A stretch of DNA of 36,932 nucleotides, taken from Octopus bimaculoides. Its lineage: Eukaryota. A program made the position numbers and the translations under genes. Below are positions 1 through 11,170 of the stretch, in pieces. How positions within the stretch are numbered: the stretch's first letter is position 1; each line of letters starts with the position of its first letter. The stretch covers positions 182,756,501-182,793,432 of the forward strand of contig NC_068982.1 in the NCBI RefSeq assembly GCF_001194135.2, read 5' to 3'. Under the pieces are notes generated by a model. That model was not told the DNA's origin and did no database searches. It was given only the letters and a program-made list of their open reading frames with translations.

Positions 1-40
<40 letters not shown>

Positions 41-888
41 AATACCCATGTATGTTCTATTATAACATGCATGTAATTGAGCTCACATCAATGCATCGTA
101 TTAATGAGCTTCTAGTTTTGTAGTAGTACCTTCAAGATTTCTTGCACTGTCTCAAGTAAACTTTCAGTTTGATACGCTATTATGTAAAGGTATTTATTGA
201 AACAATCCTTTTCTGTGGTCTCCTCTTGCTTTTTCTAACATTTACATAAAAATGAAATCAGAGATATTTCATGAAGAGAAATTTATGTGAAAAGTTTTAT
301 GTTTTTATGAGTGATAAACTTCCATCACTCAATTATAGCAACTTCTGAAATACGTTCATCCTAAAATGTATACCGCACTCCAATACTTGCTGCCATCACC
401 ATCATGAAATGTATTATTGTTTCCCTAAAACATTAATCTAAATTTCTCAATATCCGAAAGTAGAGTTATTAGCTATCACTCACTAACAACCTATAGAAAC
501 TTCATTCAATCTTCATTGACAGCAAGTCAATCAACCGGAAATTTCATTAGAAAATCATATCGCTTCTTTATCAATTTTTATTTTATTTGACGGATAAAAT
601 ATCGGATATTTGAATGTAATGACTTTGTCATTGCACTCGGACAATGAATCATAGCGTCCGTTGAAATATACAACACATGATGAGGATCGAAACCATTACC
701 GTAAGTTTGTTTGCTGAAAGAGAGAGACAGAGGTTGTAATATATCGTACTGAGTCTCTTAGAAGAAATTAGCCTATCTTTTAGTCCCTCCAATGATTTTC
801 TCTTACTTTGATCCTTCTACCGTGATGATATTACACTCTGTTATACGACTGTACTTTTGTAAGTAGATCTTTCGTGTATATTTGTATG

Positions 889-1007
<119 letters not shown>

Positions 1008-2189
1008 TTACAGACACATTATATTGCGGATACAGAGAGAGCATAGAGAGTGACCAAACATAACATTTTTTTTTTTGTCCAGGAGGACCAATTACACATC
1101 ACAGCGAGTTAAATAATTGTAGAAAGTTATAACTTAACGCACATTTCATAGTATTGACTACACGTTGTTTAGTGCATTAATAATTAAATACATATTTTGT
1201 TCCTACTTCTACGCGCCCAAATTTGTCTCCAGCGTTCATCACTTTCGTGAGTGCATACATATATATATTTTTCTTATTACTTTACAACTACATTGATCTT
1301 TCATTCTAATGTCATTATTTCACTTCGTTCTCCTTTTCATCTAAGCTAGTGACATTAGTTCTCTAACACCAATATTTTATCACATTTCCCATACACTTCT
1401 CAGCTCTGCATGCAACCTTCTTACACATTTCTAATTTCACCTCTATCAAAGGACGCGAAACGTGTTACATTCTACTTCTTATAACTGTAAAACCTAAAAG
1501 GAGAGCCACAAATGTTGTCAGCCAAATCCTAACCTACTCTCTTCAATATATTATAGCTGAATAAATGAAGGCATGATTAACGCTGGAATATCTTTTATTA
1601 TAGGTCTACTGGGTCAAAGAACAACTAGATCAACACTTCAGTTATTTGTCATGGGAAGTATTCAGATATGTTTTCATAATAGCTCTACCATCAGAATAAA
1701 TATTATGATGGCAATTTTAACTCTTTATTTATTTATCTATTTATATACTTATTTATTTGTTATTCAGAAAATATTTGTTTCTCAGTGTTATTATCTACCT
1801 TGACTTCATGTCTTTCACTGGACAGAAATAATAAAATTGCATAGATGTTTCGAATCGAGAGGTAAAATTCGAGAGATTTAGATTTCATCTACGTAAATGA
1901 ATATTAACGATATAATGAAATTGTTGCGAAACCAAGAATTTATCTTGATATTTTAAGCGGGCACCATGCGGGGCTTTCGTTAAATCACTAAAACAATTAA
2001 GTTAAAAGCTATATCTTTCTTTTATTCAAGTTGAGTGAATTTCCTTGTGTCACATATACATTTTCCTCTTCTAGATCATCTTATTGAAAATACACAGAAA
2101 TATAAAATAAAATAGATTACAACTCCGATTACTGAGTTAAATTACAATAACGGAAGTTTATAAATGTAGAAATAAGTGAATATACATGA

Positions 2190-3745
2190 ATAATTTATCT
2201 CTTGGAACGAAAGATCTATTTACAAAACTTGAAATACTCCAATCTTCCAAAAGCGCTTTATTCGTTATGAAGGCAAGAAGACAACCTGACCAATAGCGGC
2301 TTGTGCATATTGCATAAATATCACTGACCGGAGCAGTAGTGTTACTATGTGATGAGGTCACTTCAGCTGTCTGCGTAAGTCAACGCACAGTGGTCACATA
2401 GACACTATGTAGAAGATTATTCGGTTCTTTAAAAAGTAATTGGCCTATTCACTCATTATGCCAAGAAGATGCTTCTGGTTCAGAAACATTACAGATTTTG
2501 CTACTTTGAAGAAATGTCTTAAATTTCATACTCTTCGCAGCATCTTGTCATCTTCTCTGTTCCAAAGTCCGATATCTCTGACGTGATCGTATCTACTAAT
2601 TTATGCTGAGTAGATAGAGAAGCAGCGTTCACGTCAAGGGCGTTTCCTGGTAGCAACATTCATTATTCAGCTGTTGAAAAGGAAGCAACTTCAGTATTTA
2701 AGCCATTTGCTACTAGATCATGACCTTACAATTTTTAGTAACATACCATATTCGTAGCAACATACTCGTAGCAACATACAATATTCGTGGAAGACAGATG
2801 CAGAAAAGTGAAATATCTAAATAGATGGATAGCGATTAGAATTTGAAAATTTTGGTTTTTCTAACCAATAACGACCAGAAAATGGCAGTGTTGGTTCGTA
2901 TATATTTATTCAAGTATTTTGTATTGCTACGCCCGTTGTTGATATCTTGCATAGATATTTAAAAGGACGATGCGATACAAGTCCAGTAAGAATGCCTCAG
3001 TATTTTCCAACAAAATAAAAGTTTGTATATTTGAATATGGACTTGAAAGTTTTTATCGTTTTTTCAATCGCACGCTAACATAAATACCTTTCTTTTACTG
3101 ACATTTTCTTTTTTATTGCCCACAAGGGCCTAAACGTAGAGGGGACAAACAAGGATAAAGAGATTAAGTCGATTACATCGACCCCAGTGCGTAACTAGTA
3201 CTTAATTTATCGACCCCGAAAGGATGAAAGGCAAAGTCGACCTCGGCGATGACATCATCGGGTGTCATGAAATGTCAAGACAATATTTTTGGTTTTGTGG
3301 AGTACCACTTTTTTTGTTCAGAAAGAAATTCCTTAATGTCTCGTTCAGTGAAAACCTACTTAAGTAATTGACATGTGGCATTTGGTAAGACCACATTTTG
3401 TCACCCAACTTGGAGTTGTGAAACTGAAAGAAATACTGGCATTATCAAGTTAATGTTGCGGCTATACTGTTATACTGCATTGCAGAAAGTGAATACAAAT
3501 TTCTAATGCGTAAAGCTATTCACTCTATGAGATTATTGATCTTCAAAGTCAGCGATGAAATTTTTCATGAGTGGATCTTTGAATATCCTAAAAGGTCTTC
3601 TAAGGGCATTTCACTTCCAACTATTAAATCCAGTTTCTGTTTTCTCATCAACTAAATTGAACCCTTAAAAGCCAGCCCAAACTATGTTCATGTTAATTTG
3701 CTTCCTGATGCACGTTAATTCCTTGTGTCTCTTTGAAACCTAGTC
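2190..3745 (+). mobile_element. Degenerate Ty3/Gypsy LTR-retrotransposon pol relic (RT C-terminus, RNase H, integrase), interrupted by a SINE
   Basis: Manual + strand translation gives motifs in Gypsy order. RT end: LSLGTKDLFTKLEILQ...QPDQ*RL and KVIGLFTHYAK (~2430-2465). RNase H: KSDISDVIVSTNLC*VDREAAFTSRAFPGSNIHYSAVEKEA (HYSAVEKEA at 2661-2687; cf. ETDASD...PVAFxSRTL...YxAVEKEA). Integrase from 3249: MTSSGVMKCQDNIFG...SERNSLMSRSVKTYL...KTTFCHPTWSCETERNTGII (cf. SDRG..FMS..LK.YL...TTPYHP.GNGQ.ER.NGII), then AIHSMRLL...HEWIFEYPKRSSKGISLP (3506-3620) and ASPNYVHVNLLPD (~3670-3710). Many stops and frameshifts; LTRs not identified. Confidence 0.85.
3110..3248 (-). mobile_element. 5'-truncated SINE (family A of this window) inserted in the Gypsy integrase
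   Basis: Reverse complement (GGTCGACTTTGCCTTTCATCCTTTCGGGGTCGAT...GGGGTCGATGTAATCGAC) aligns with copies at 8886, 15410, 16105, 23385 and 27370. Confidence 0.85.
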
Positions 3746-6700
3746 TCATGCTCTGTTGCCAGGTAGCAAAGTGGTTAGTACACTAGCTAATGTGCCGAGG
3801 GAAATCCTCATTCCATTCATTGAGTTCCGTAACTTCCTCAGATAGTTATGTTGTAGTGCATTCGAGTCTTTGCAGTTTTCCTACCACTAACAGATATTTG
3901 CCTGAGCGTCACTCGACTTGTCAGGGATGAGCGCTTTGATCATTAAGTGAGATGTTATACGCGAGAAATTTATGATTGGGTGCGTTTCCAAATGTTACTG
4001 AATATTTTGCTATATTACAAGAAAAGGAACAAATATATTCAGTAAACTGAATATATTAACAGAAAAATATTACCTCTTATATATTGTTATTTCCTCTATA
4101 TTATTATTTCTTATGTCTCATTATTTACAATATTTTCTTTTCCTAATGTATGTTATTTTTTGTTTCGGATATGTTGTTTGTTGAATATGTCATTTTGAGT
4201 TAAATAGATTTTTTTACTATCATGGGTTTGTGATTCGTAAGTAAGGCTATTTGCAATCGCATGAACAATATAATAGGGGTTCATTTTAAGCTCATCTCGA
4301 TTAGATTATTTGTTTTGAGAAATAGCTTAAACAGTATTTCTTGTTGCCTGTAAAGAAGTAACTTTTGGTTTTCCGTACGGTTTCGCATGACTTAAACTTC
4401 AAACTATCCAATTCTCCATAGAACTTCGGCTGAAATCATTTTGTTTAAATGTAACCGCATGAACGGCTAAATCAGATCGTGCTAAAAATCTGTTGATACT
4501 TCGCATAGAAAAAGTTTTCGAGTGAACCTTTACCTTACTCAATATTTCACTCTTCATCAGGTAATATAAATAGACTTTTGAACAATCACACATTCTTAGA
4601 TAAAACGCCTGGAATCTCTTGATTGTTGACTTAGTTTCACTCATTACCAAATGACAGTTTGGTGGGTAGGAAATGTATTTCGTAGAGACAACTTTAGCAA
4701 ACATAGCATAGTAAAATGAAAAGATAAGACCGTTAGTCATTTAAAATATGAAAGACACCAAATCTATCTTCACGTAATACATCGGCTGCGTGAAACTCAG
4801 AGTAACTGTTTAAGAACATTTTTCAAAGAAAGAAGATAACAGTACATAATATATGTATATATACTTGCATATATACATATATGTGTATCGTAAACATGCA
4901 TATATGTATATATATACATGTGTGTGTATGTGTGTGAGAATAATATAACACGAGGATGGTCTTATTGAAGATCGTTGATTATAATTATTAAAATATATTT
5001 GAATATTTTTCAGCAAAAGCTGTGTGCTGGTGCTTCATCCTGTTGGATTTTTCTGAATACTCAGAAATAAATCTTGTGATGTACTATTAAAGCCTGTTAT
5101 CCTCCATCCTTGTGTTATACTATCCTTACATTGATGCATTGTAAGGAGGAGTTCCACATGTGCATTCAGCCCCGGAATATACCCTACTGTCGGATAATAC
5201 GCGTCAGCCAAACAACGACAAAAGAGCTCTTAAATGACCATTACGAGGTTTTTACTCGAATTATATTATATATATACGTGTAATTTCTATCTGTAAGAGT
5301 GTGTGTTAGCCAGGACACCATGTTTTCAAATAAATACAATTGAAAAATCTATAACAACAAAACTTATCAAAGCATTTCACGGATAATTTCATTAAAAAAA
5401 AAAAAAACTTTATATCAGCTCGCTTCTGATGGCATAGTAAATTCTAAGTACGCAAAATAAACAATATAGGTATTAAATATATATAACAAGAAAAAAGTTT
5501 GAAAACATATGAGAAATTTTTCATAGAAATTGATGTAAAAACATAAAACGTTCACTATATTAAATGTTGTATTTATTTGCAGAATTTCTCCTGAATTTTA
5601 ATCATAATTTTTCAAAAGCGTAAGTTATTGTGTCTACACAATATAGGTGTCTAACGATAAAACATTAATCCATTTAGAAATTTAAAAGTAAGCCAAAGTG
5701 AAATACATTAAATATAGGTCCTTAATGGACAGAGGTTATATAAAATAGGTTAATGTCTGTATTTGTCTGCCGCCTCGTAAGCAAAAGAACGTTACTGATG
5801 ATGCAGATGATATAAGCTATTCATTGATTGTTAATTGCTTTTGCAGTTGACAATTAGAAGCATTTAACTTTCTTCCAGGTGGATATTGACTTGTGATCAT
5901 TATTTACACAACGGTTTCAAATTGCAGTTGAGTCAACTTTGTTTCACTTTTCTAGTGTTGATAGAATATTTAACCATGAACTGTAGACGATTCATTAGAA
6001 TCTAGTCCTTGTCAGTTCGTTTCTTGGAATCAATATGAGAAGTCGATATCCTACTCTACGTAAAGCAGACATCATAGAAAAAACAATTGCTGACCCACCC
6101 ACAAGCGCGACACGATTTTTTATGTTTAGTTATCTCATTTCACTTAGCCGATAATAGTCTCAAGAAAGGTATAAACCTCTTGAAAGAGATCAACGTATGA
6201 TCAATAAGTAAAGTTGCTGTTTATCTTCAGATCAGCTTTGTGGAAGCAGAACCACAAGCAAAATGCATTTTCGACATGATCATACTGTATTTATATATAA
6301 GACTAGTATAAATTATCCGTCTTGTATAAACCATACTGTGTGCCATTACTATTTTTAAGACAGTAAAAGTGATTTCAAGGAGATGCGACTCTTATTACTA
6401 GCATGTATAGCGCCTGCGTATAAATCCATGGTTGTTATGAAGTGATTAGGCAAAAATGAATAAACTAATGAGTTTTCAGTATTGAACTTCTGTCGCTACA
6501 GATTGCAAGTGAAAAGTTCAACGTGTTTCAAAATTATCATTCGTTTTCAGACTTAGTAATCAATAATTATTAAGGTCACTTCACCAACAAAAGCAAAAAT
6601 AAAACCGTTATGTTGTTGACATAGCAATGAATTGATGAATACTTCAGTGTAGAGAAGTAATGCCAAGTATGTAAGTATTTGCTTATACTTTCCCTCTGTT

Positions 6701-6829
6701 GAAATGTTTTCATTCTCCTTGCATCTCAAACGTTTCTTTTTTTCAGAAATGCATTAACGTCTCATAATCGATAGTTTTATAGAAAAAAATCTAATTTGTT
6801 TTCAATGTAACTACTTCCCTCTTATTCAG

Positions 6830-7600
6830 ACGATATTTCTATGGAGGAAAAAATCGTTCGAACTAGCCAATAAACTGTAGACAATAAATTGCAAAGGCAA
6901 AATGCTGCTTCACTAATAAAAGTCTGTACTAAACAAATGGCGTTCACTTGGTGGGAAGAAATTACAGAAGAAATGAGAGAAAACCTTCTGTTTTTTTTGT
7001 TGTTGTTTTTTGGTAACAGTAGCAGCATATAAACTTGGAACCATTTTCATTCACAGCAATCATAGGTAATATAAGTCGGACGTAACGGAATATACCTTGA
7101 GTATAAGATATTGCAGATGAGTGAGAAAACCTGTATGAAGACACCAGAAATCCTGTTGGGATTCATTGGTGGATGGAATAATTTAAGCCATTTAAATAAC
7201 ACATTTGCATTTGCTGCATTTATCAGCCAAGTCGGCACCATCATAGATTCATTAGCATCAGGAAAACAATTCCATGTTTCAGAGAATATTGTTTAGAACA
7301 GGGTTTGTTTCACGAACTTGCTATACTATTGTCAGCTGTAATGTCTGAAGAATCTCGATATGTTCACAAAATCATGGATAAATATCAAGGAGTAATATCG
7401 ATTTATATGGAGGAAACAACTAGCAGTTTTGGCACCAAATTATCAATTTTGTTGTCAAGCATTCTAATAAAAGTTGATTATATTTTTTGAACGAGATCGT
7501 CCTCTGTAGATTTATATTTTCGCAAACGCACATTGATTGTTGTTTTAATATAATCTCCTCTGTCGATTAAACTCAACAAACCAATTATGCATTCATCTGG
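6830..7600 (+). mobile_element. Probable highly degenerate hAT (Charlie/Buster, ZBED5/FAM200-like) transposase relic
   Basis: Frame-shifted pieces in the expected order: SFELANKL (cf. SYEVAYLIAK), SLIKVCTKQMA (cf. ELIKPCALEMA), ILQMSE (cf. RIxDMSE), QRILFRTGFVSRT (cf. EEFLFC.PL..TT), SIYMEETTSSFGTK (cf. SICTDGAPAMLGNK), ...FRKRTL (cf. HALASKTL). Similarity judged by eye and weak in places. Confidence 0.45.
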
Positions 7601-8039
7601 GTTACAATAGTAAACGATAAGACAGGTCAAAACATCATAATATCCTAACATCGTCACTGATTAGTATTATAGGTCAAACTAATAGCCTTGCAAATGTAGC
7701 CGTCCGATGATTACGATTAGTTAATTAAAAAGTAATAGTTCAGTGTCTCCATCAAACATTGCGTGTTACAAACACCAAAACGATTGCTCTATTCTATACT
7801 GAACTAAGTTGATATTCACAATGAAACAATGATTTTCAATGGAGAGACAAGTCTAGCCATTTTGTGGATATATGTACTCGATTCAGGTTATTCCAATATT
7901 TAACTGGTACTTTATCTTATTGGTTTCAGAGGGAAGAAGACAAGTTTCATTAAGGCAGGATATATATATTCGGAAAATATAATAAAACTTCACTCATATC
8001 ACAAAGTATTATGTTAGATTTTGTCAGATTACTCATGTG

Positions 8040-8600
8040 TGGTACTGGTAGAATGTAGTCTGGTACAACCTATTGCATGCTCGGGTCGTCAGAAGCCTTC
8101 TAACCTTTCCACCAAGCTTTGCTAGAGATTACGATTACTAGAAACCCACCAGTACAAGATACGTCATAACGAGGGATGGACTCGCTTCAAGATCAACAAC
8201 TATCTAGCTAGAGGTGACTTAGAAGTTCAGGACTAGTGCCCGGTTAATTTTAAGACCAGTAGCTGAAAAGCATCTCCCGGATTTCTGTTTCAAGCATGTT
8301 TCTAGGAGGCGGCATTAAGAGTGTTCATAGCTACACCAGTTGTATAATTGGTCTGGGTTCGACAGGCTAGGAAGGCAGCCAGATTAGGAACATAAAACCC
8401 TCTGTGATCGCCTATGAAGACGTAAAGAGGGTAATCCCCCCAGCCAGTCGTGCTGGTAGAGGATTTGGGGGTCCACCAACCCTATTCATCCCGTAAAGAG
8501 CGTTAGGATGGAACGAAAAAATAAAATGGCTGTGTTTGAGGACCCTGGTCCTCGGCTAAGAAGTCGGCGATATTCTTTCATTATGATAATTCTCTCCCGA
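8040..8600 (+). mobile_element. Possible 5' UTR relic of an RTE-clade LINE
   Basis: GC-richer, repeat-like island containing GGAAGGCAGCCAGATTAGGAACATAAAACCCTCTG (~8371-8405), which resembles a motif I recall from RTE 5' UTRs. No ORF. Assignment from memory only. Confidence 0.35.
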
Positions 8601-8885
8601 TTATGCCAGACACTGGTTCAAATGGAATAATGATCATCACTTGTGAATTTTATTCCTTTTTTATGAGATTTTAATGCAGACATTCATGAAATATCATTTA
8701 TATATATACTGTTCAAAGATTCACAAACCACTTTCGATTGATTAGCTAGATATTTGAACCAGGTTTGGCAATAATTTTTCATTTGCGAAATTTGTTTGAT
8801 CATGGAAGTCTTATAGTCTCTTCATTCATTACAAGTATAAAACAAACGAGAGAGTATTAATGACTATTATTTACATTTGCTAGAA

Positions 8886-9058
8886 GGCGGCGTGCTGGCA
8901 CGCTGAGCAGAATTCTCGGCGGCATTTCGTCTGTCCTTACGCTCTGAATTGAAAATCCACAAAAGTCGACTTTGCCTCTCATCCGTTCGGGGTCGATGTA
9001 GTCGACTAAATCTCTCCCCAAAAGTTGCTGATTTTGTGCCAAAATTGGAAACCAATAT
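8886..9058 (+). mobile_element. SINE family A copy with an internal deletion
   Basis: GGCGGCG.GCTGGCA head, GCATTTCGTCTG..TTACG.TCTGA.TT.AAA, and GTCGACTTTGCCT.TCATCC.TTCGGGGTCGATGTAGTCGAC. Aligns with the 3110-3248 copy. Confidence 0.85.
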
Positions 9059-9529
9059 TTAAATTTGGTAGAATTATTTCACAAAAAACTTCACACGATT
9101 AGAGAAATATATTTTGCGTATTTGCCATACTTTATAATTTTACATCTTTTGGTTATCTACGATAATCATATCGTTGATAACCCCATTTTACAATCTCGTA
9201 GAGTCAGATATTAATATAATGATTTGAACTGACCTTTGAACGTCAGCTCCACACATGGATTCTAAAAGTCATTGATCGTGTTAGTACATACAACACAGCA
9301 ATTGTTTATTGTATGTTTAGTATTAGGTCGATCTTAAATGGGGAGATCTACGACCAAATGCATTCCCTCCGCGACCAGCCTGTCATTTTATATAACCCGG
9401 AGAAAGCATGAATACATAATGAATAAATAGGGCAGCTCCCTCACATCTAACACCTCAGCCATGAAGTTCGCAATATTCATTTATTACGCTATTCTCAACC
9501 AATTATGAAAGATTCTGTTTCGAACAGAA

Positions 9530-10330
9530 ATTAATACTGAAGCGTGTCCTATTTTCTAGAACTACAATGTATCACGAGCTACATTATCCCATGTGAGATT
9601 TATTTTTAAGACAGGCGTGTATGATTTCATGGTGGTAACTGATATTTTTTGCATCTCCTTCAACCACATAATGTTTCTCTCGTCTTCTTATGTGAATAAA
9701 TAGTTAGTTCCCACGCTTATAATTACTAAGCGCTAATGATGTAGTTTTAGTTGATAATAACTAGTTACAGTACAATCTTATTACCTTGCAAAACTCCTGC
9801 AGTGATTTCTAGGCTGTCCGTGTCTCGGTCATGTGATCAAAATATAGCTGTTGTGGATCTTCATTATCTAAGCTATATTTTTGAGATACAGTACATACAC
9901 GAAGACTTGGTTCCATTTTCCCTCGGTAGACACAGTTGAAAACAGGCAGAGTTTTGGCCCTGTCTCTCCGAACGATTCTTTGCACTGTTAAGACCGGTCC
10001 AATATTAAATATTTTCTTTACTGCGTTTTGGTTTCTTCGTAATGCTTTTCCGAGTTCTGGCCGTCTGCAGTACAGCAACAATTTATCTTTGTGACAATAG
10101 TTTCTTTTCAATACAAAAATTAACAAAATTACATTTGTTGGAAAATAGCAGAATACAAACTTCAGTCCAATTTTGTAAACATTTTCCTAATACATACTGC
10201 ATTACAAAATAGAACTAGGATAACACTGAATCCTTCTGTCTTCTTATACATCTGGTGGTATAATTTGAACGTCAGCTGTCCTTATGTTTTTGCTCTTTTT
10301 AGTACCTCAGCGAGTTCATCTGTTCAATCT
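9530..10330 (-). mobile_element. RTE-clade (RTE-X-like) LINE reverse transcriptase relic, N-terminal RT half
   Basis: Minus strand reads DELAEVLKRAK, then RRPELGKALRRNQNAV...VLTVQRIVRRDRAKTLPVF...RGKMEPSL (cf. LR.NQNGFR...QILTVRRIIEGVRAKNLP...RGKME.IL), DRDTDSLEITAGVLQGNKIVL*LVIIN*NYI (cf. DGDTD.F.I.AGVLQGDTLAPYLFII.LDYV), then a decayed YADD region (NISYHHEII, ~9620). The left boundary is approximate. Confidence 0.85.
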
Positions 10331-10380
10331 AAGAATACAGTTCTATATTTAAGAGATGAGGAATTATGTACGTTATTTGC

Positions 10381-10522
10381 ATTATTTACATTCGACAGGT
10401 ATTTGTCCTAATCTTATTTGTTGTTAACACTTTTATTAACGTTTCGGCTGATATACCCTCCAGCCTTCTTCAGCTGTCTTGTGGAACAAGATGAGGACAA
10501 ATATCCTTCGAATGTAAATAAT
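10381..10522. mobile_element. Penelope-like / pLTR-type repeat unit with 38-bp imperfect inverted arms
   Basis: 10381-10418 ATTATTTACATTCGACAGGTATTTGTCCTAATCTTATT versus the reverse complement of 10485-10522, ATTATTTACATTCGAAGGATATTTGTCCTCATCTTGTT: 33/38 match. The spacer holds a hammerhead motif. The Penelope assignment is inferred from the hammerhead plus inverted-tail architecture. Confidence 0.55.
10438..10478 (-). ncRNA. Minimal type I hammerhead ribozyme motif (probably decayed)
   Basis: Minus strand: GACAG-CUGAAGA-A-GGCUG(GAGGGUAUAU)CAGCC-GAAAC-GUU. Core boxes CUGANGA and GAAA, a perfect 5-bp stem II and a palindromic AACGUU stem III. Stem I pairing is disrupted in this copy. Confidence 0.6.
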
Positions 10523-10644
10523 GTAAATAATGTCAATTTAAAAAATTCCGCCTTCCTTCATCACTCAGCAATAAGAAACGCAGATCATAATGCCCTGATC
10601 GTGATTCCATAATGTAAGTTACCACTATTTTACATTAATCTGAA

Positions 10645-11170
10645 AATAGGTTTGGTTTAAATGTCAATAGCATAAAAGACTAGATACAGCTGTTACAATC
10701 AGGAGGGATTTATGAAGACAATCAGGCGAAGCGTTCTAAATTCAGTCATTTCGTTTTTGTACTCCTAAAACGTAATATCTAATCCACTGATGGAGATGTA
10801 TGTATTCGTCCTACAAAGGTGTTTACTTTATATCCTCAGTACCATCAGAACGTCATCACGATCTGATTGTCTTCAGAAAACCTTCCTCTGTGGAACTGTT
10901 GGATCAGTGCATCCGTAATGGTCCACCACCTGGACAGTCACCTAGGGTGACCAAGGCAAGGTTTCATGGTGCTTACCCTGAGCATCTTCTCAATATCACA
11001 TGGAAACAATTATTTCATAAAACAAACCTTGTGTGATAGTCTCCTTTCAATCACTGATGTCGTTTGAAAGTATGCATTTAGTAGGACATTGCTGGAGAGC
11101 TAAAGAAGAACTCATGACCAATACAGTGTTTTGGTTCACCCTTCATAAATATGTACGGCAAATCCTTCAT
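10645..11170 (+). mobile_element. RTE-clade LINE relic, C-terminal RT/thumb region
   Basis: GLNVNSIK / KTRYSCYNQEGFMKTI (cf. GLHVNAxKTEYMCYNQ), LCGTVGSVHP*WSTTWTVT (cf. FRATVESVLLYGSETWTLT), RFHGAYPEHLLNITWKQ (cf. RLDGAYTRMLRAALN.SWKQ) and VGHCWRAKEELM (cf. AGHCWRSK.E). Confidence 0.85.

Noticed and set aside
1083-1246. Plus-strand exon candidate (poly-T GTCCAG acceptor, TTC|GTGAGT donor)
   Set aside because: Stops in all three frames, no partner exon, and the acceptor is just a poly-T run.
8857-9055. Overlapping ORFs on both strands
   Set aside because: They lie within a SINE copy; the same applies to 27251-27502.
9809-10126. 105-aa ORF as a host gene
   Set aside because: It is part of the RTE reverse transcriptase relic.
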